Shown: positions 1 through 11,876 of the stretch, in pieces
Layout of the letters: each line of letters starts with the position of its first letter
Position numbering within the stretch: position 1 is the stretch's first letter
Translations under genes and position numbers: made by a program
The notes under the pieces: model-generated
Told to the model about the DNA's origin: nothing
Databases searched by the model: none
Seen by the model: the letters and a program-made list of their open reading frames with translations, nothing else
NCBI GenBank assembly: GCA_020536535.1
Contig: JAHLWZ010000455.1
Coordinates: forward strand, 1 to 64,000
Direction: 5' to 3'
Source: Pelomyxa schiedti
Lineage: Eukaryota > Protista > Evosea
Length of the DNA: 64,000 bases

Positions 1-432
1 CAACGAACTGCCAACAAGTCCGCGCGTAGTTGCAAGTCGCGAGCGGGTTGGCGTGCCAATGCTTGGATCTCGGCGTTCCTGGGTCGATTGACGCAGTGCT
101 TGCTGCCATTTATCTATCTGGCGTTTGTTGTATCGGTCTGTTTTTGTTGTTGTATGACTGCGCACTTCTTTTTTTTCTTTTTCAGTACAAGAGTCGAAAC
201 TTGGCAGCGCCCTCATTCGAAACAAAACAAACAACTTGCAACGCCCACACAATTTGGGTTGGTGTTTTTAGTGGAAATCAGACTTCACTGATAACATGCT
301 TTTTTCCCGGCTGGCCTGAGGATTCGGCCAGTATGGTTGCTGCTAGCTCCTCTACACACTTAGAAAACCCATTTCTCATATGACCCATTTAAAGACATGG
401 CTAAAAATATTTATTGTGATGGATAAGATAGG

Positions 433-981
433 CTAGGTGTTTTTGGTCATTGTTGTTGTGGTGGTTGTGGTAGTTGTGGGTGGAGTGGGGGTTGTTGTGG
501 AGTGGGACTCAGGCGGTGGGAGGGGGGTGCTGGAGTCTGGTGTGGTTGGTTTTGTGGGTTTTGCAGGATGTTGGTGGTGATGTTGATGCTGGTGCAGGTT
601 GTGTGGTTTGATGTGCTTCCTCTTCTCACCTGGGGGTTTGTTTGTGACTAGTGACGGCTTCTCTTGCACTGGAATGTGTGCTTTCACGACTGTGCCGACA
701 GGTGACCCTGGCGGCCTCACATCAAGTGTGCCAGTGGCCCCACTTTGAGTGCTGCTCCTGGCTCGATGCTCTTCANNNNNNNNNNNNNNNNNNNNNNNNN
801 NNNNNNNNNNNNNNNNNNNNNNNNNNNNNNNNNNNNNNNNNNNNNNNNNNNNNNNNNNNNNNNNNNNNNNNNNNNTTCCCTTTTCCTTTTCAAATACCAA
901 AGTCCCACCAAGTTTAGAGGAGTTCTCTGTTTTGACCGTATCTAGAATTACACCGTTGTACATGGGTTTTTTATGGTTCAA
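433..981 (-). CDS. Hypothetical Pro/Thr/His-rich protein fragment spanning the assembly gap
   Basis: 182-codon ORF read through the Ns; low-complexity C-terminus; no recognisable domain; frame across the gap cannot be verified. Confidence 0.3.
   Translation of the reverse strand: MNHKKPMYNGVILDTVKTENSSKLGGTLVFEKEKGXXXXXXXXXXXXXXXXXXXXXXXXXXXXXXXXXXEEHRARSSTQSGATGTLDVRPPGSPVGTVVKAHIPVQEKPSLVTNKPPGEKRKHIKPHNLHQHQHHHQHPAKPTKPTTPDSSTPLPPPESHSTTTPTPPTTTTTTTTTMTKNT
776..875. other. Scaffold gap (exactly 100 N)
   Basis: Run of 100 n, typical placeholder for a gap of unknown size. Confidence 0.98.
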
Positions 982-1011
982 ATGCCCTTGTCAGGATCCT
1001 TCACTTGTGAA

Positions 1012-1084
1012 GGGGGTGTAGCTCAATTGGTAGAGCGCTCGTTTTGCATACGAGAGGCAGGGGGATCGAAACCCTCCACCTCCA
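1012..1084 (+). tRNA. tRNA-Ala (anticodon TGC), intronless
   Basis: Cloverleaf: acceptor GGGGGTG/CACCTCC with the G3:U70 Ala identity pair, D-arm GCTC/GAGC, anticodon stem CTCGT/ACGAG around TT-TGC-AT, T-loop ATCGAAA, discriminator A; no encoded CCA. Confidence 0.97.
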
Positions 1085-1086
1085 AC

Positions 1087-1093
1087 TTTTTTT
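1087..1093 (+). terminator. RNA polymerase III oligo(T) terminator
   Basis: T7 run 2 nt after the tRNA 3' end. Confidence 0.75.
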
Positions 1094-1312
1094 CCCCCGA
1101 CACCCGGTTTTTCGACTAGGATGCATACGGATACTGAGCTAGTCAGAACCTTATCAGTGACACAAAATGCAACAAGCTACGGGATACACTTTGTAGAACC
1201 CTGTCAACGTGGTCAAAAAAAAAACCCATTTTTTTCCGTTCTTCATTCTGGTGGCAAGTCATCACAATCGGAAACACAACGCCGAAGGGAACACACACAA
1301 CACACAGCAAGA

Positions 1313-4300
1313 ATGAAGCCGCACTCGGGGAGATCTACGAGGGAGGCCACGCGCACCGAGATCGTGGCTGGCGAACTACGTAGCATGATAACAACCATGA
1401 GGCTGATGATGGACATGTCGTCACACCCCGCAACCCCCACAACGTAATGTTTTTTTCTTTTTTTCTTTTTTTGTTTTTCCCCCCCTTTTCTTTCCCCTAT
1501 TGTGGTTTTCCTTTTTTTTTTGTGTTTTTTTTTTGTTTTTTTTTTTGACGGCAATTAATTGTAATTCCATAATATAGCATACACAGTGTACCTCGGTCTT
1601 CGTCCCCTCTTTTTACTGCACCACCTTCGCCGTCAACGAGACCTCCTTCTCCTTCCCCTCTCTCTGGAAACTCTCCTTCAAATGGCACTGTAAATACTAG
1701 TCAAACTACAAACGGAGCAGCTACTTCGCCACTGGCAGCACAAGCTGCATCATGGGCACCCCCTTCTGCTTCTGCTATTATGGCTGCGAGAGCAGTTTCT
1801 CCAGTAGCCTGCGTAGTGCCATTGGCCCCACCCCCTCTTTCTAATTTTTCATTGCCTGCTGGTGTGAGCAGTGGTGACAAGCGGCCAGCTTTATCCCCAG
1901 TTGCCTCAGCTGTGGCAGCTGAGGGAGCAGCCACCTTGGAGAGCATGACTGCTTCCTGGACAGCTTTAGTGCAGCACAAGGCTCTTGCCTCGGAGGATGA
2001 AAAAAAAGCACTCAATGCCCCCAGGACTGATGCACCTTTGACGACAACTTGTTCCTCTGTGTCTGACACCAATCTTGACAGCTCGAAATCTGAGTTGCAA
2101 CTTCAACTCTCTAATGAACAATGGCACGGGAGATGGTTATTCACCGCTGCCGCCGCATCGGCAGCGGCAAATGCTGACACAGGGGAGCCACCAATCTTGA
2201 CATCATTTGTGGTGGCACTGGCCAGAATACAAGCAGGTGGTTTTTAATCACTAAGAGACCAATGTATTTTATTCTCCTAATTACGCCAAAGCCTCTGGAT
2301 TCCTCGACTTTCTGGATCCTCTTGAATATGTACAGCCATTTTTGACGGTGATTCGTACTGAGAAGACCACTGCCCCAATAGCGGGGGTCGCTTTGTCTTC
2401 TGTTCAGAAATTTTTACTTTTAGTTTTGGACTCCAGTCTACCAAATATATCAAAGTAAATAATCTCATTCTGCTTTCAACTGTAATTCTTCTTCCTTCCA
2501 GTGTAATGGCAGAGATAGCAGGAGCTGCAACTCACTGCAAGTTTGACCCTACCGACTCGGAATTGGATCAAGTAACGTTGTCGAAACTACTGCAAGTGAT
2601 TCTAGCTTGTGTTCAGAGTCAGGCTGGTATATCTTCATCTTATCTTTTTGCCGATTTAGAGTAAAGGCATAACTGCACACAACAGGCATAGTTCTGTCCA
2701 ATTGTCACATCATGGAGTTATTTGAAACTTGCTACAGAATGACTCAACCATCTCGGCAAATTTCCACTCTATTGAGGTTGATTCTCTATCTCAATACTCC
2801 ATTTACATTTTTCTTGAAGATCACTTGCCGAATCAACCTTGATCCAATTCGCACAGACAATTTTCACAAAGTAATAAGCTTCTGCTCAATTTCCGTGACA
2901 CCCACACATCTTTCAGGTACATTGCAGAACATCCCCAGGGCTCTTCACAGCTACAAACATTGGGCCACTATGAGAGCAGCAGTTCAAATTACGACCAGGT
3001 CTTCTTCACTAACCAGCACGGTAACGGTGAACAAAGTAGCACATTTTCTCATATAATGCAAGGTATCTGTTTTTCTACCAAACCAGGAGATCCTCATTCC
3101 TCAACAGACACTCCACAACAAGAAGTAACTGCCACTCTGAAAGGAACCCCTGATCCCAATTCGGTACCACTGCCACCATATGGCACAGAAGGATTGCTCC
3201 AAGTGCTCATGTTTGCTACGTCACTATTGTCTCCGGAGGTTTCCACGCCATCGACAAGAGGAAGCCCTGGCAATGGTCCTATTATTGGGACCACGAAGCT
3301 TGAGACAAAATTCCTTGGGCTGAGCATCATCAACGCAATTTTCGAAGTAGCTATCGTGTCTTTAGCTCAGTGGCCCGATTTTAAAGCACACATCCAGGTT
3401 TGATTCGAATGTTTAACCACACCAATCAACAATTTTTAAAGAAAGATCTTGGCTGCAAACTTCTGCAATTGGTGCATGTTCCGCACCTGTCTGTACTGTC
3501 AATGACCATAAGAGTATTCCTCACGGCAGTAACACACCTTAAGCCCATTATGAAGCTTCACATTGAAGCCTTCTTCATAACACTTTTAAAAATGGTGTCT
3601 GACCCAAAGGCCTTGCAGCAGTAAGTCTTTTTTTTTTTGGCGGGAGATGCCTTATTCAAATGCTTCAACTCAGATTTGAGCTGACTGAGCTCGTACTGGA
3701 GACTCTGCTGGGTCTACTAAAGATTCCAGATTTTGTTCTTGAGCTCTACGCCAACTTCGACTGTGACATTTATACCACAAATCTATTTAAAAATACTGCC
3801 GATTTTCTCTACAAAGCGGTTGTTCCCAGAGGCTTATCTGGTCTGGGGCCACTTCAATTGCTCGCCCTGGAATCACTTCTAGCAATCTTAGCTGGCTTCA
3901 CCAGGTGCACATATTTTCAATCATTCCGTAAATAACGATAAAAAAGACCCCAAACCCCTACTGAACTGAATGTTGATACTCAGCGTCTGAGACATGTGAA
4001 ACAAAAGAAGACACTTTTAGCCACAGGTGTTGAATTGTTCAACAGGTCGCCGAAAGTATACTAGCGTTTTTGTTCCTCTTCTTCTCCATAACGTACTTCA
4101 GGAAGGTCTCGACTTCCTCAAAGTTCAAAAATATTTACCGGACCCACCTGATGCACGAAGTACGGCCTTATTTTTAAGGAATGCACCAGGCCTCCACAAA
4201 CAAGGTATTTTCATTCTGTGTTTAGTACTGCCACAACTTGTTGTAAGATCTCCTACAGTTGTTGGTGATTATTTGGCCGGGAAACTTCCATTCAATACCG

Positions 4301-7300
4301 CTGTTTTGAAGGAATATTTACAAAGCTTTGGGTAAAATGTCTTAGTTACTGTTGAAAATTCATTGACCACAAAAGACTTGTACAGAAGCCGTTCCTTGCA
4401 GCATTCCGCGAATTCATTGAGAGCTTCAAACTCCCAATTGACTCCAACCTCATTAATCGAATCGTCGAAGCCTTTGGAACAGAATATTGTCTGGGTGTGG
4501 CAACCGAAAAAAATCCATTTGAAAATGCCGATGCCTGCTATGTTCTGGCCTACAGCTGTGTAATATTGAATGTTGACCAGCACCGTGCTGAAGTAAAAAC
4601 GCCAATGACGCCATCTGAGTTTGTTGCCAACAATCGAGGGATAAATAACAAAAAAGATTTACCCGAGGAAATGCTTCTTGAGATATACTATGGTAAGTGG
4701 TCTTTCGATGCAACTAAACTTATTATACACTCGAAGACATCAAGAGTAATGAAATGAGAATACCAGAAGAGTTCCCCACTGGGCTCAACACACCAAAGTC
4801 GTGCCATGACATGTTGATGCGTCTACCCAGAGTTTCGTCTTGGACTGATGCCACTGTTCTCAACACATCTGAGTTTGGTCGTGATGCATTGGTGGCACTC
4901 TGGGGCCCCTTGATTTCCACCTTACGTGTTGTCTTTGAGAGTGCGGTGTGCTTAGTGCTTCACTTCTATAAATTCACTCATTCACATCAAAGGCAGATGA
5001 ATTAGCCCTCCACAAAGCGTTGAGTGGGTTTGAATTGTGCTGCGCTGTATCTGCTCAGCACGGTTTATCCGATTACATTGACAATATCGTTATTTATTTG
5101 TGCAAGTACGATCTTGTTATCATTTATTGTAATTTTTAAAACATCTTCATAGACAGTCCACTTTACTTGTACCTGGACTTAACCAGAACTCCGTAATATT
5201 ATTTGGTACAAACAGGAAAGCGAACCTTGCCTCGATTGCAGTTTGTAAATATGTGTTCATATTCTTATCTAACAATGATAGGCTTGTTCTATGTCCCGAC
5301 TTCACTCAAATCACATTCAGGAAGGCTGGCCCAATTTAATATCCATAATGTCATCGATGCGCAACATGGGTCTTCTCACAGACACACCCGCACTTCCCCA
5401 CCTCACTCTGGGTGATTCTTATCCCCCTGCCCCATCTCCACCACCACCTCCACCACCCAAGTCTTCTTCTTGGTTTTCCTCGTTTTTCTGGGGCTCAGGT
5501 GTGTTGACACTCCAGATTTCACCTACTAAGTTCGCATAGATTCTTCTGGAGCCGAGGTAATGTCCCCGGAAGAGAAGGAAGCTCACGAAAGAGCAATTCA
5601 CTGCATAGAATGCTGCCATGTCAATGAATTAATTCAGGTAAGACTTTTACAGTCTTTAGGTTACTAAACACTATTCAGGAGATTGCAGCTACTTCAAGTC
5701 AATCTCTTAATTACGTAATCAATGCAACTATTCAATACAGTAAGTTCCCCAAAACGGTTGCAGAGGAAGGAATAGCTCTTTTTTCTTTGGACCTACTAAC
5801 AAAGGTTTAACCTTTAATAAATAATTCACTCAAGGTCTCAATCATCTCTTTAGGTCATACTCTTGGCTGGCACTGGAGGGCATGACCACTGGAACACCTT
5901 TTTCATGCACATGAGAGACTTACTTCAGTCAATCAGCAATCGGTCACCTTTTGCAGAACGTGTCGTTCAGAGTGTATTTATTGTTTGCATTGATGTGCTG
6001 TATGTGTAAGTAGTGGGTGGGGGTCTATGACTCGTTTTCCACTGTTTACGCACGTTGTTTCACAGCCCAGACATGGCTACAGTTGCTTCAAATGGACTCG
6101 TACTCCTTGCAAATATGAAGGAGCCAGCGTTACAGGAACTGACAGATGTACTTGTTTGTGGAGTTCTTGGGGTACTTCGTTGCATCCACGATAGAGCTAA
6201 CGAGGGCACAACCTCTGAGGTAGCAACAGACTCTTTTTTCTTTGCAACGTACAGCTCAACAGTCTACAGGAGAACAATTCCCTTTGTGGTCCCACATCAC
6301 CTCCCCCACTTCTTACGGAACACGCATGTTTATCCGTTATTAAGCTAATTTCACTTGCTACTACACATGCCAAGCTATTTGCCAGAGGGCTGGAAATGCT
6401 GTCTTCTGCAGTTGGACCTAAGTCGCAGTTCCTATTGGTCAGCCCATCTTGCATTTCGTTATGTGTAGACTGTCTCCTTGCCTTCCGATCAAATGTATGG
6501 TAAGCCTTCTTGTTATTGTAACTTATGCCTGCTCAGGCCCCAACACCGGAAATTGCTACTCAATGTGCGATGCAGTGCATTGACATGTTACATCTACTCT
6601 TAGAGCGGCAGTTGGCACACCTCAGCAGCTCCCCTGCGTCCCCAGCTTTGCCCACTTCCCCTGTGCAGACGACTTCCAATCTTACCACAATCTCCCAAAT
6701 TCAATCCCCACAAATTCCCAGTACAAGTCCAGTACAAGCCTCATCCTCAACTCCACCAACGGTGGTAGAACAAGGTTGGGCGACCTTCTTCAAAGTACTT
6801 TCCACTCTCACCGATATGTGCCGCTCTCAGCAGGTACCACTGTGTATTAAATTTTCCCCACTCTTCTTAAAAATCCAGGTCGAAGTGCGATTTCAAGCTC
6901 TTCTGGTATTCCAGCGGGATCTCCTTGCTGTTCAAATGGAGTCCCTTGGGTCGGACTTCTGGTGCTCAGTTTTCCGCCGTTTCTTGTTTCCTTTGCTCTT
7001 AGATTTACTGAATCCTCATGTGTACACTCTGCACATTTACGTTCCTCACTTTCACTCACAATTAACCAGCTATCCGGCACACGAGACTCCATTGATGATA
7101 CAAGACTGAGGGCCTCAGTTTTGTTATCAAAGGTTGTCTCCTTTAAAATAGCATTATCTGATCTCACAAGTCCCATAAAAGGTGTTCTTGCAAAGACTGC
7201 ATTTGCTTTCTCACTCGGCCAATTTTTCCGTTATATGGTTAGACATCATAGAACTAATTCACCGATACATGTAGTGCTCCTCCCTATCCCCTAAGGACAG

Positions 7301-7735
7301 TTCTTACAACATAAAAGGCACGCTGGCGGCTCCGATTTACTCCACGAAGCAGTGCCAGAAGCACTGAAGAACATGCTTCTAGTCATGACAACATCCGGCT
7401 ACCTCGTTGCACCACCAACACCAACACCCACACCCACACCGGCAACCACAACGACAGCCGCACCCACCGCAACCGCAGGCACAACCCCAAGCACCGCGGA
7501 AGCCGCCGTGCCAACTACATCAGCGGCCTCCACAAACGCCAGCAACCAAGCGATACCCTCCACACCAACAGAGGCACAACCCAACACCACATTAACGCCG
7601 CAAGAGCAACTATGGTGTATCACCTGGCAGACGATTGACAAATTCCTACCACACCTCAAGGACGAAATATCTTGCCGCATAACCCCACCACCACAACAAG
7701 TCGCCGCACCACCAAAACAAAGCACCAAGGAGTAA
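1313..7735 (+). CDS. GBF1: GBF1/GNOM-type large Arf guanine-nucleotide exchange factor (DCB-HUS-Sec7-HDS), multi-exon
   Basis: N-terminal EIVAGELRSMITTMR; DCB motif PFLTVIRTEKTTAPIAGVALSSVQKFL; HUS-like LYANFDCDIYTTNLF; Sec7 motif ADACYVLAYSCVILNVDQH; C-terminal MPEALKNMLLVM; intron 1444-1577 keeps frame. Confidence 0.9.
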
Positions 7736-7792
7736 GAAAATAAATACCCCCCGTCTATCTGTTGTCTCGTCTGAGGGGAGTCCTCTGAGACC

Positions 7793-8501
7793 ATGGCGAT
7801 TCGGCTCCTTACAATAATCACCAGAAACACCCTGGAGTTTGCTTCCAAGTTGGTGCCAGAACAAAGACCAAGGCGGCTGTGATCGATACCATCCCGGTCA
7901 GAAAAAAAAACGCCGCAACTGTGGGGATGTGCTGGTGGGAAGCATTTTTTGGCTTAGTGTGCCACTGGTGTGAGTTGTGCAGGGTAAAATGTTATATTGG
8001 TGGATACTTGTTGGGGTGGAAAGTGGAACTTGTCTTTAGAGGATTGGTGGGATGCATATCTGGATCAGTGGGCAGTGATTTTTTTCCCTATCAAAAGTGA
8101 ATCATCACCAAAAAAATCAATGCTTGGGGTGATAATTAATTATCTGAAGTTGAGAACTGTGCAGATTATTGGAGTGAGAACCCTTTGTACAGAAATGAAG
8201 GGAGGCAAAATTTTATGTCTTTCTGGTTGGGCATCTTCTACAATCACCTACACAAAGCGAGGTGGGTGATTCCCAATAACTGTGGGGACCCCATCTGCAC
8301 TTCACACAAAAATTCCCGAATTGTTTACTCATCCAAAGAGTGGTGTTTCATTCACAGACACCTTCAAGTGAGTTCCCAATTTTTTTTGCCAACAAAGTAA
8401 ACAGCAACAGAGATGGCCATTGATGATCTCTGGGGGTGGTTTGTATGTTATCTTGGTTAAATAACTTTCTACAGGCTGTTCTTCACTGTCTTCTAACCTA
8501 A
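7793..8501 (+). CDS. Hypothetical multi-exon protein (boundaries uncertain)
   Basis: Plausible exon fragments (LVDTCWGGKWNLSLEDWWDAYLDQWA; ENCADYWSENPLYRNEGRQNFMSFWLGIFYNHLHKAR) flanked by GT/AG. Confidence 0.35.
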
Positions 8502-8520
8502 CCTGCTAAACAACAAAACT

Positions 8521-9120
8521 TTATTTCCATTCTAAAACACCCTCAGTGTGAATATCATCCAGTACAGCTTGGTGTGCACCATAGTCAACCCTCCGGATGA
8601 ATTCTTCTTCAAATTCATCTTGACTCTCTGCTTCATTGACAAGTATTGATTGCATGCTTCCCAGCAAAGGCAGTGTACTTGGTTGTGATGATTGTGTCAA
8701 TTGTGTTTGCCCACCATCTAGAAAGTGTAAACTTAAAAACAAATAATTGACTTGTACTTTGGTTGGTGCCATCAACAACAGATGTAGTTGAAGATGTGGT
8801 TGACATTGGAAGAAAACCAGTGACAGAACCTGAAGAAACAAATGGTAATAGGCTGCCTGACTTCCCCCTAATATTAAATCAATAAACAACACAACTTTCA
8901 GTCACCACTTTGTTGATGGCATCCATGGCACAGTAACTTAAGTTAAAAAAAGGAAGAAAAAAAAGAGCAGATTTCTGATAACCTCCAATCTCTGGAGGGT
9001 CAGTGCTTAGCACACTACTCAAGAGTAGGTTGGTTGTTTGAGACGGTGCAGGTACCCATTGGATATCTTCAAGTGGCTGAATAAAAAAAACACCAGAATG
9101 ATTGATTTCTGGGAAAGGTG
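8521..9120 (-). CDS. Hypothetical protein (start uncertain)
   Basis: Terminal exon ...SILVNEAESQDEFEEEFIRRVDYGAHQAVLDDIHTEGVLEWK* plus an upstream Ser/Thr-rich exon. Confidence 0.35.
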
Positions 9121-9183
9121 CCTTACCACCAAATTGGTTGCAGAAGGAAGAAAGAAACCACAGGTTAATCGTGTTACTGGCTC

Positions 9184-11519
9184 ATGGGACAGTCGCCCTC
9201 AAGGGGGAATGCCACATACAACCATGGGCGCGCACGACCTGTCAATGTCACTGACACCTTCAACGACTACGTAGACTCCTACGAAGACGACGAAGAAACG
9301 GACCAGGCCGCCGCCTCGGGGCCCACAGCGCCCCCTGCCTCGCCCGTTATTCCTGCTGCCTCTTCAACGGCCTCGGCGGCGGAGACGTCTGCGGCTGCGG
9401 AGTGCGACATGCAGATCGACGGCGTCGACGGTGACCGCGGCAGTGCGCTTTTGGTCGCGGATAATGATGGGACGCTGCACGTTCGAGAATCTCCATATTT
9501 GGATGCTTCTGTACGTTGGTGGTGCCGTTTGTTCGGTGCTGTTTCCTAAAACGTTCTACTTTTAGGTTGAAAATAATAACGCGAGGCCTCATGTTGTTTC
9601 ATTTATTGGGGAGACTCAAATTGGCAAATCGTTTCTGACTGATAGCCTGTTGACTGTCCTGGGGTATGGCCCAGACCTGCCAAGGTAATAATAACCTAGT
9701 TTGACTTTCTCCTTTTTCAACAATCAAAGGCCACAGATTGGTGCTGAAATAGCCTCGACAACCAAGGGTGTTCACTACTACACTGTTGGAGACACCTTTT
9801 TTCTGGACTTTGAAGGTTCACATGCACGTGTGTCAGAGCCCAAAGTAGGTGATACTCCCTTGTTTGTGTCCTGCTTAGAGAATTAGCAGGAAAACGTTAT
9901 CAATTGCATTTTCCCCAGAATTGCTTACTCTATCAGTTCCACAATTGTGTACATCACTAGAAGTACCGCAGCGAGTAAGACACCCCTGGATGACCTGTGG
10001 TCCCCTTTAAATAATGTGGCACTGATGATCAAATGTGCCTTTTTGTAACATCATCAGCTTCTTACCCCAACATTTGCAGGAATCCTACAAGAAACCCGAT
10101 CTTGTGATCGTCTTTAACGGCTCTCACGCTGAGAAATTCGATGACAAACCATTGAGGACTGATCCACGGTACAATCAACTGGAGTCTTTGTTCTCTCACG
10201 TTGACGGCTTCTACTTGTGTGATAAAGCGTATAAAAAGAAGTTCCAAACTCAACTGGCGAATCTAATAGTACTTTGTTATGATAACAATAGTTTTAATTA
10301 ATACTTGTGAATAGCATACTTTGCTGCACCACCAACTCCCACTGGCATCACACAAATGGATTCGTTTAGTTAAAGCTGTTGTTAACTGGGTACCCTTATC
10401 TTGAATAGTTTTTTAAACTTCCGTAGTAATCTTCATTACATAGTTCAACAGTCCCAAAAGGGGTGAGCCAATACCATTGTGCAATATTTATGCCTCCCTG
10501 ATTGATGACTTGGAACCACCTCTTGACCGAGTTCAACGACTATTCTTGGACTGCATACCAAACCGTGTGTGCACTCATCAGCAGTTTATAGAGTGCTGTG
10601 CCTGGGCAAAACGTGCACTGCCTGTAGTTGTTGCAGTCCATTTACTCCACTTACAAGTTGAAGAAGTTGTCAGCTATGAAAATTAATTTTTCTAACAAAA
10701 CTGATCCTAGGTCTCCAGTGCCCACTACCGGAAACAATATGACATTTTGGTTACCTATCTTAGGTCTTTTATTCCCTGTGCTGCCTGCATTGAACTGGGT
10801 GGAATCACCTATAAGTGTGGTGTTCAGCACCGTTTTCACTCAAATCACAAGCACGAAGCAAACAACGGGGAACAAATAGTAAAGAAATGGAGAAGCGAAT
10901 TTGAGCCAGTGGGCTACATTGAAGATGATGCAGAAGGTGTACGCCAAGCAGAGACAGCTGCTATATTAAGAGTGATTCTTGGTAACAAGGTATCTTCCTA
11001 ATTTTTTATGACTGGTATGACCTACCATCAGGCCAATCACATTGATTGTAATTGGGTAGAGCAACGTCATGACTGGGGCCCACATCATGGAGCTTTACCA
11101 CCCAAGGCTAAGAAAGTGCTCAAAGAATTCATGGCCATTCGTAAAATGAACCTCTTGATCAAAAATGCTGGCCTAGGTGTAACACTAGGAGCTTCAATAG
11201 GGGTGGCTTGTGCCACCCCCATTGCAATTGGGGTTGGCTTTGCCACAATGGGCCTTGGAATTCCTATTTCTGTGATCATCGTAGGCAAGTATTACCATTT
11301 TATCTTTCAATTCAAGAACCAACAGGTGCTGGTGGAACACTTGGTGCATCTATTGGTGGAGCCGTTTGTGCTGCTAATGCAGAGAGAAAGCCTGAGGAAG
11401 CTAAAAAAGAAATGATGGAGGCTGCTTCCTTGTTGGCTTATGCCAAGGGGGGCTGGAATGTTGTGACACTCGTTGAGAGCCTAGACCACATAATCTTTGT
11501 AAAGATTGACAATATCTAA
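9184..11519 (+). CDS. GB1/RHD3 (GBP/atlastin-like) P-loop GTPase with C-terminal Gly-rich hydrophobic hairpin
   Basis: VVSFIGETQIGKSFL (G1), STTKG (G2), FLDFEG (G3); C-terminal GVTLGASIGVAC...GGTLGASIGGAVCA; Gly2 N-terminus MGQSPS. Confidence 0.7.
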
Positions 11520-11876
11520 TGAGACTGTATTTTTCAGCATATGCCTTGTTGGCATACCAATGAACTGAGTACGAGCTTGTGCACAGTAAGGTGACTTGAA
11601 TAGGAACACACAAATTCCAAGTGGGGTTCATCATGATGGCAGAAAATGCAACCAGTACAGCACACTCAACCAACACCATGCATACAACAAAACATAATGA
11701 CAGAGAGTAAGTTTCTCACAACAATTCGATCTCTTAGACTACCCTGTGGAGAGATGGGTGTCCGCAGAAATTGCCCCAGCTTCTCGTTCGGCGTAACAGA
11801 TTGATGGGCGTCCACTTTTTCTTCCCCAGCGGAGACGAAAATAAACAAAAAAAAAACAAAGAAATACGAGGTGGCG

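Noticed and set aside
1-400. Short ORFs at the window start
   Set aside because: No recognisable domain or consistent exon chain; possibly the end of an upstream gene.
1115-1146. GACTAG...CTAGTC inverted repeat near an A-box-like TAGCTCAGT (minus strand)
   Set aside because: Only a 6-bp stem, with no cloverleaf or C/D boxes.
7990-8030. LVDTCWGG resembling a clan CD (caspase/legumain) catalytic Cys motif
   Set aside because: No convincing upstream His-Gly dyad and the gene model is uncertain.
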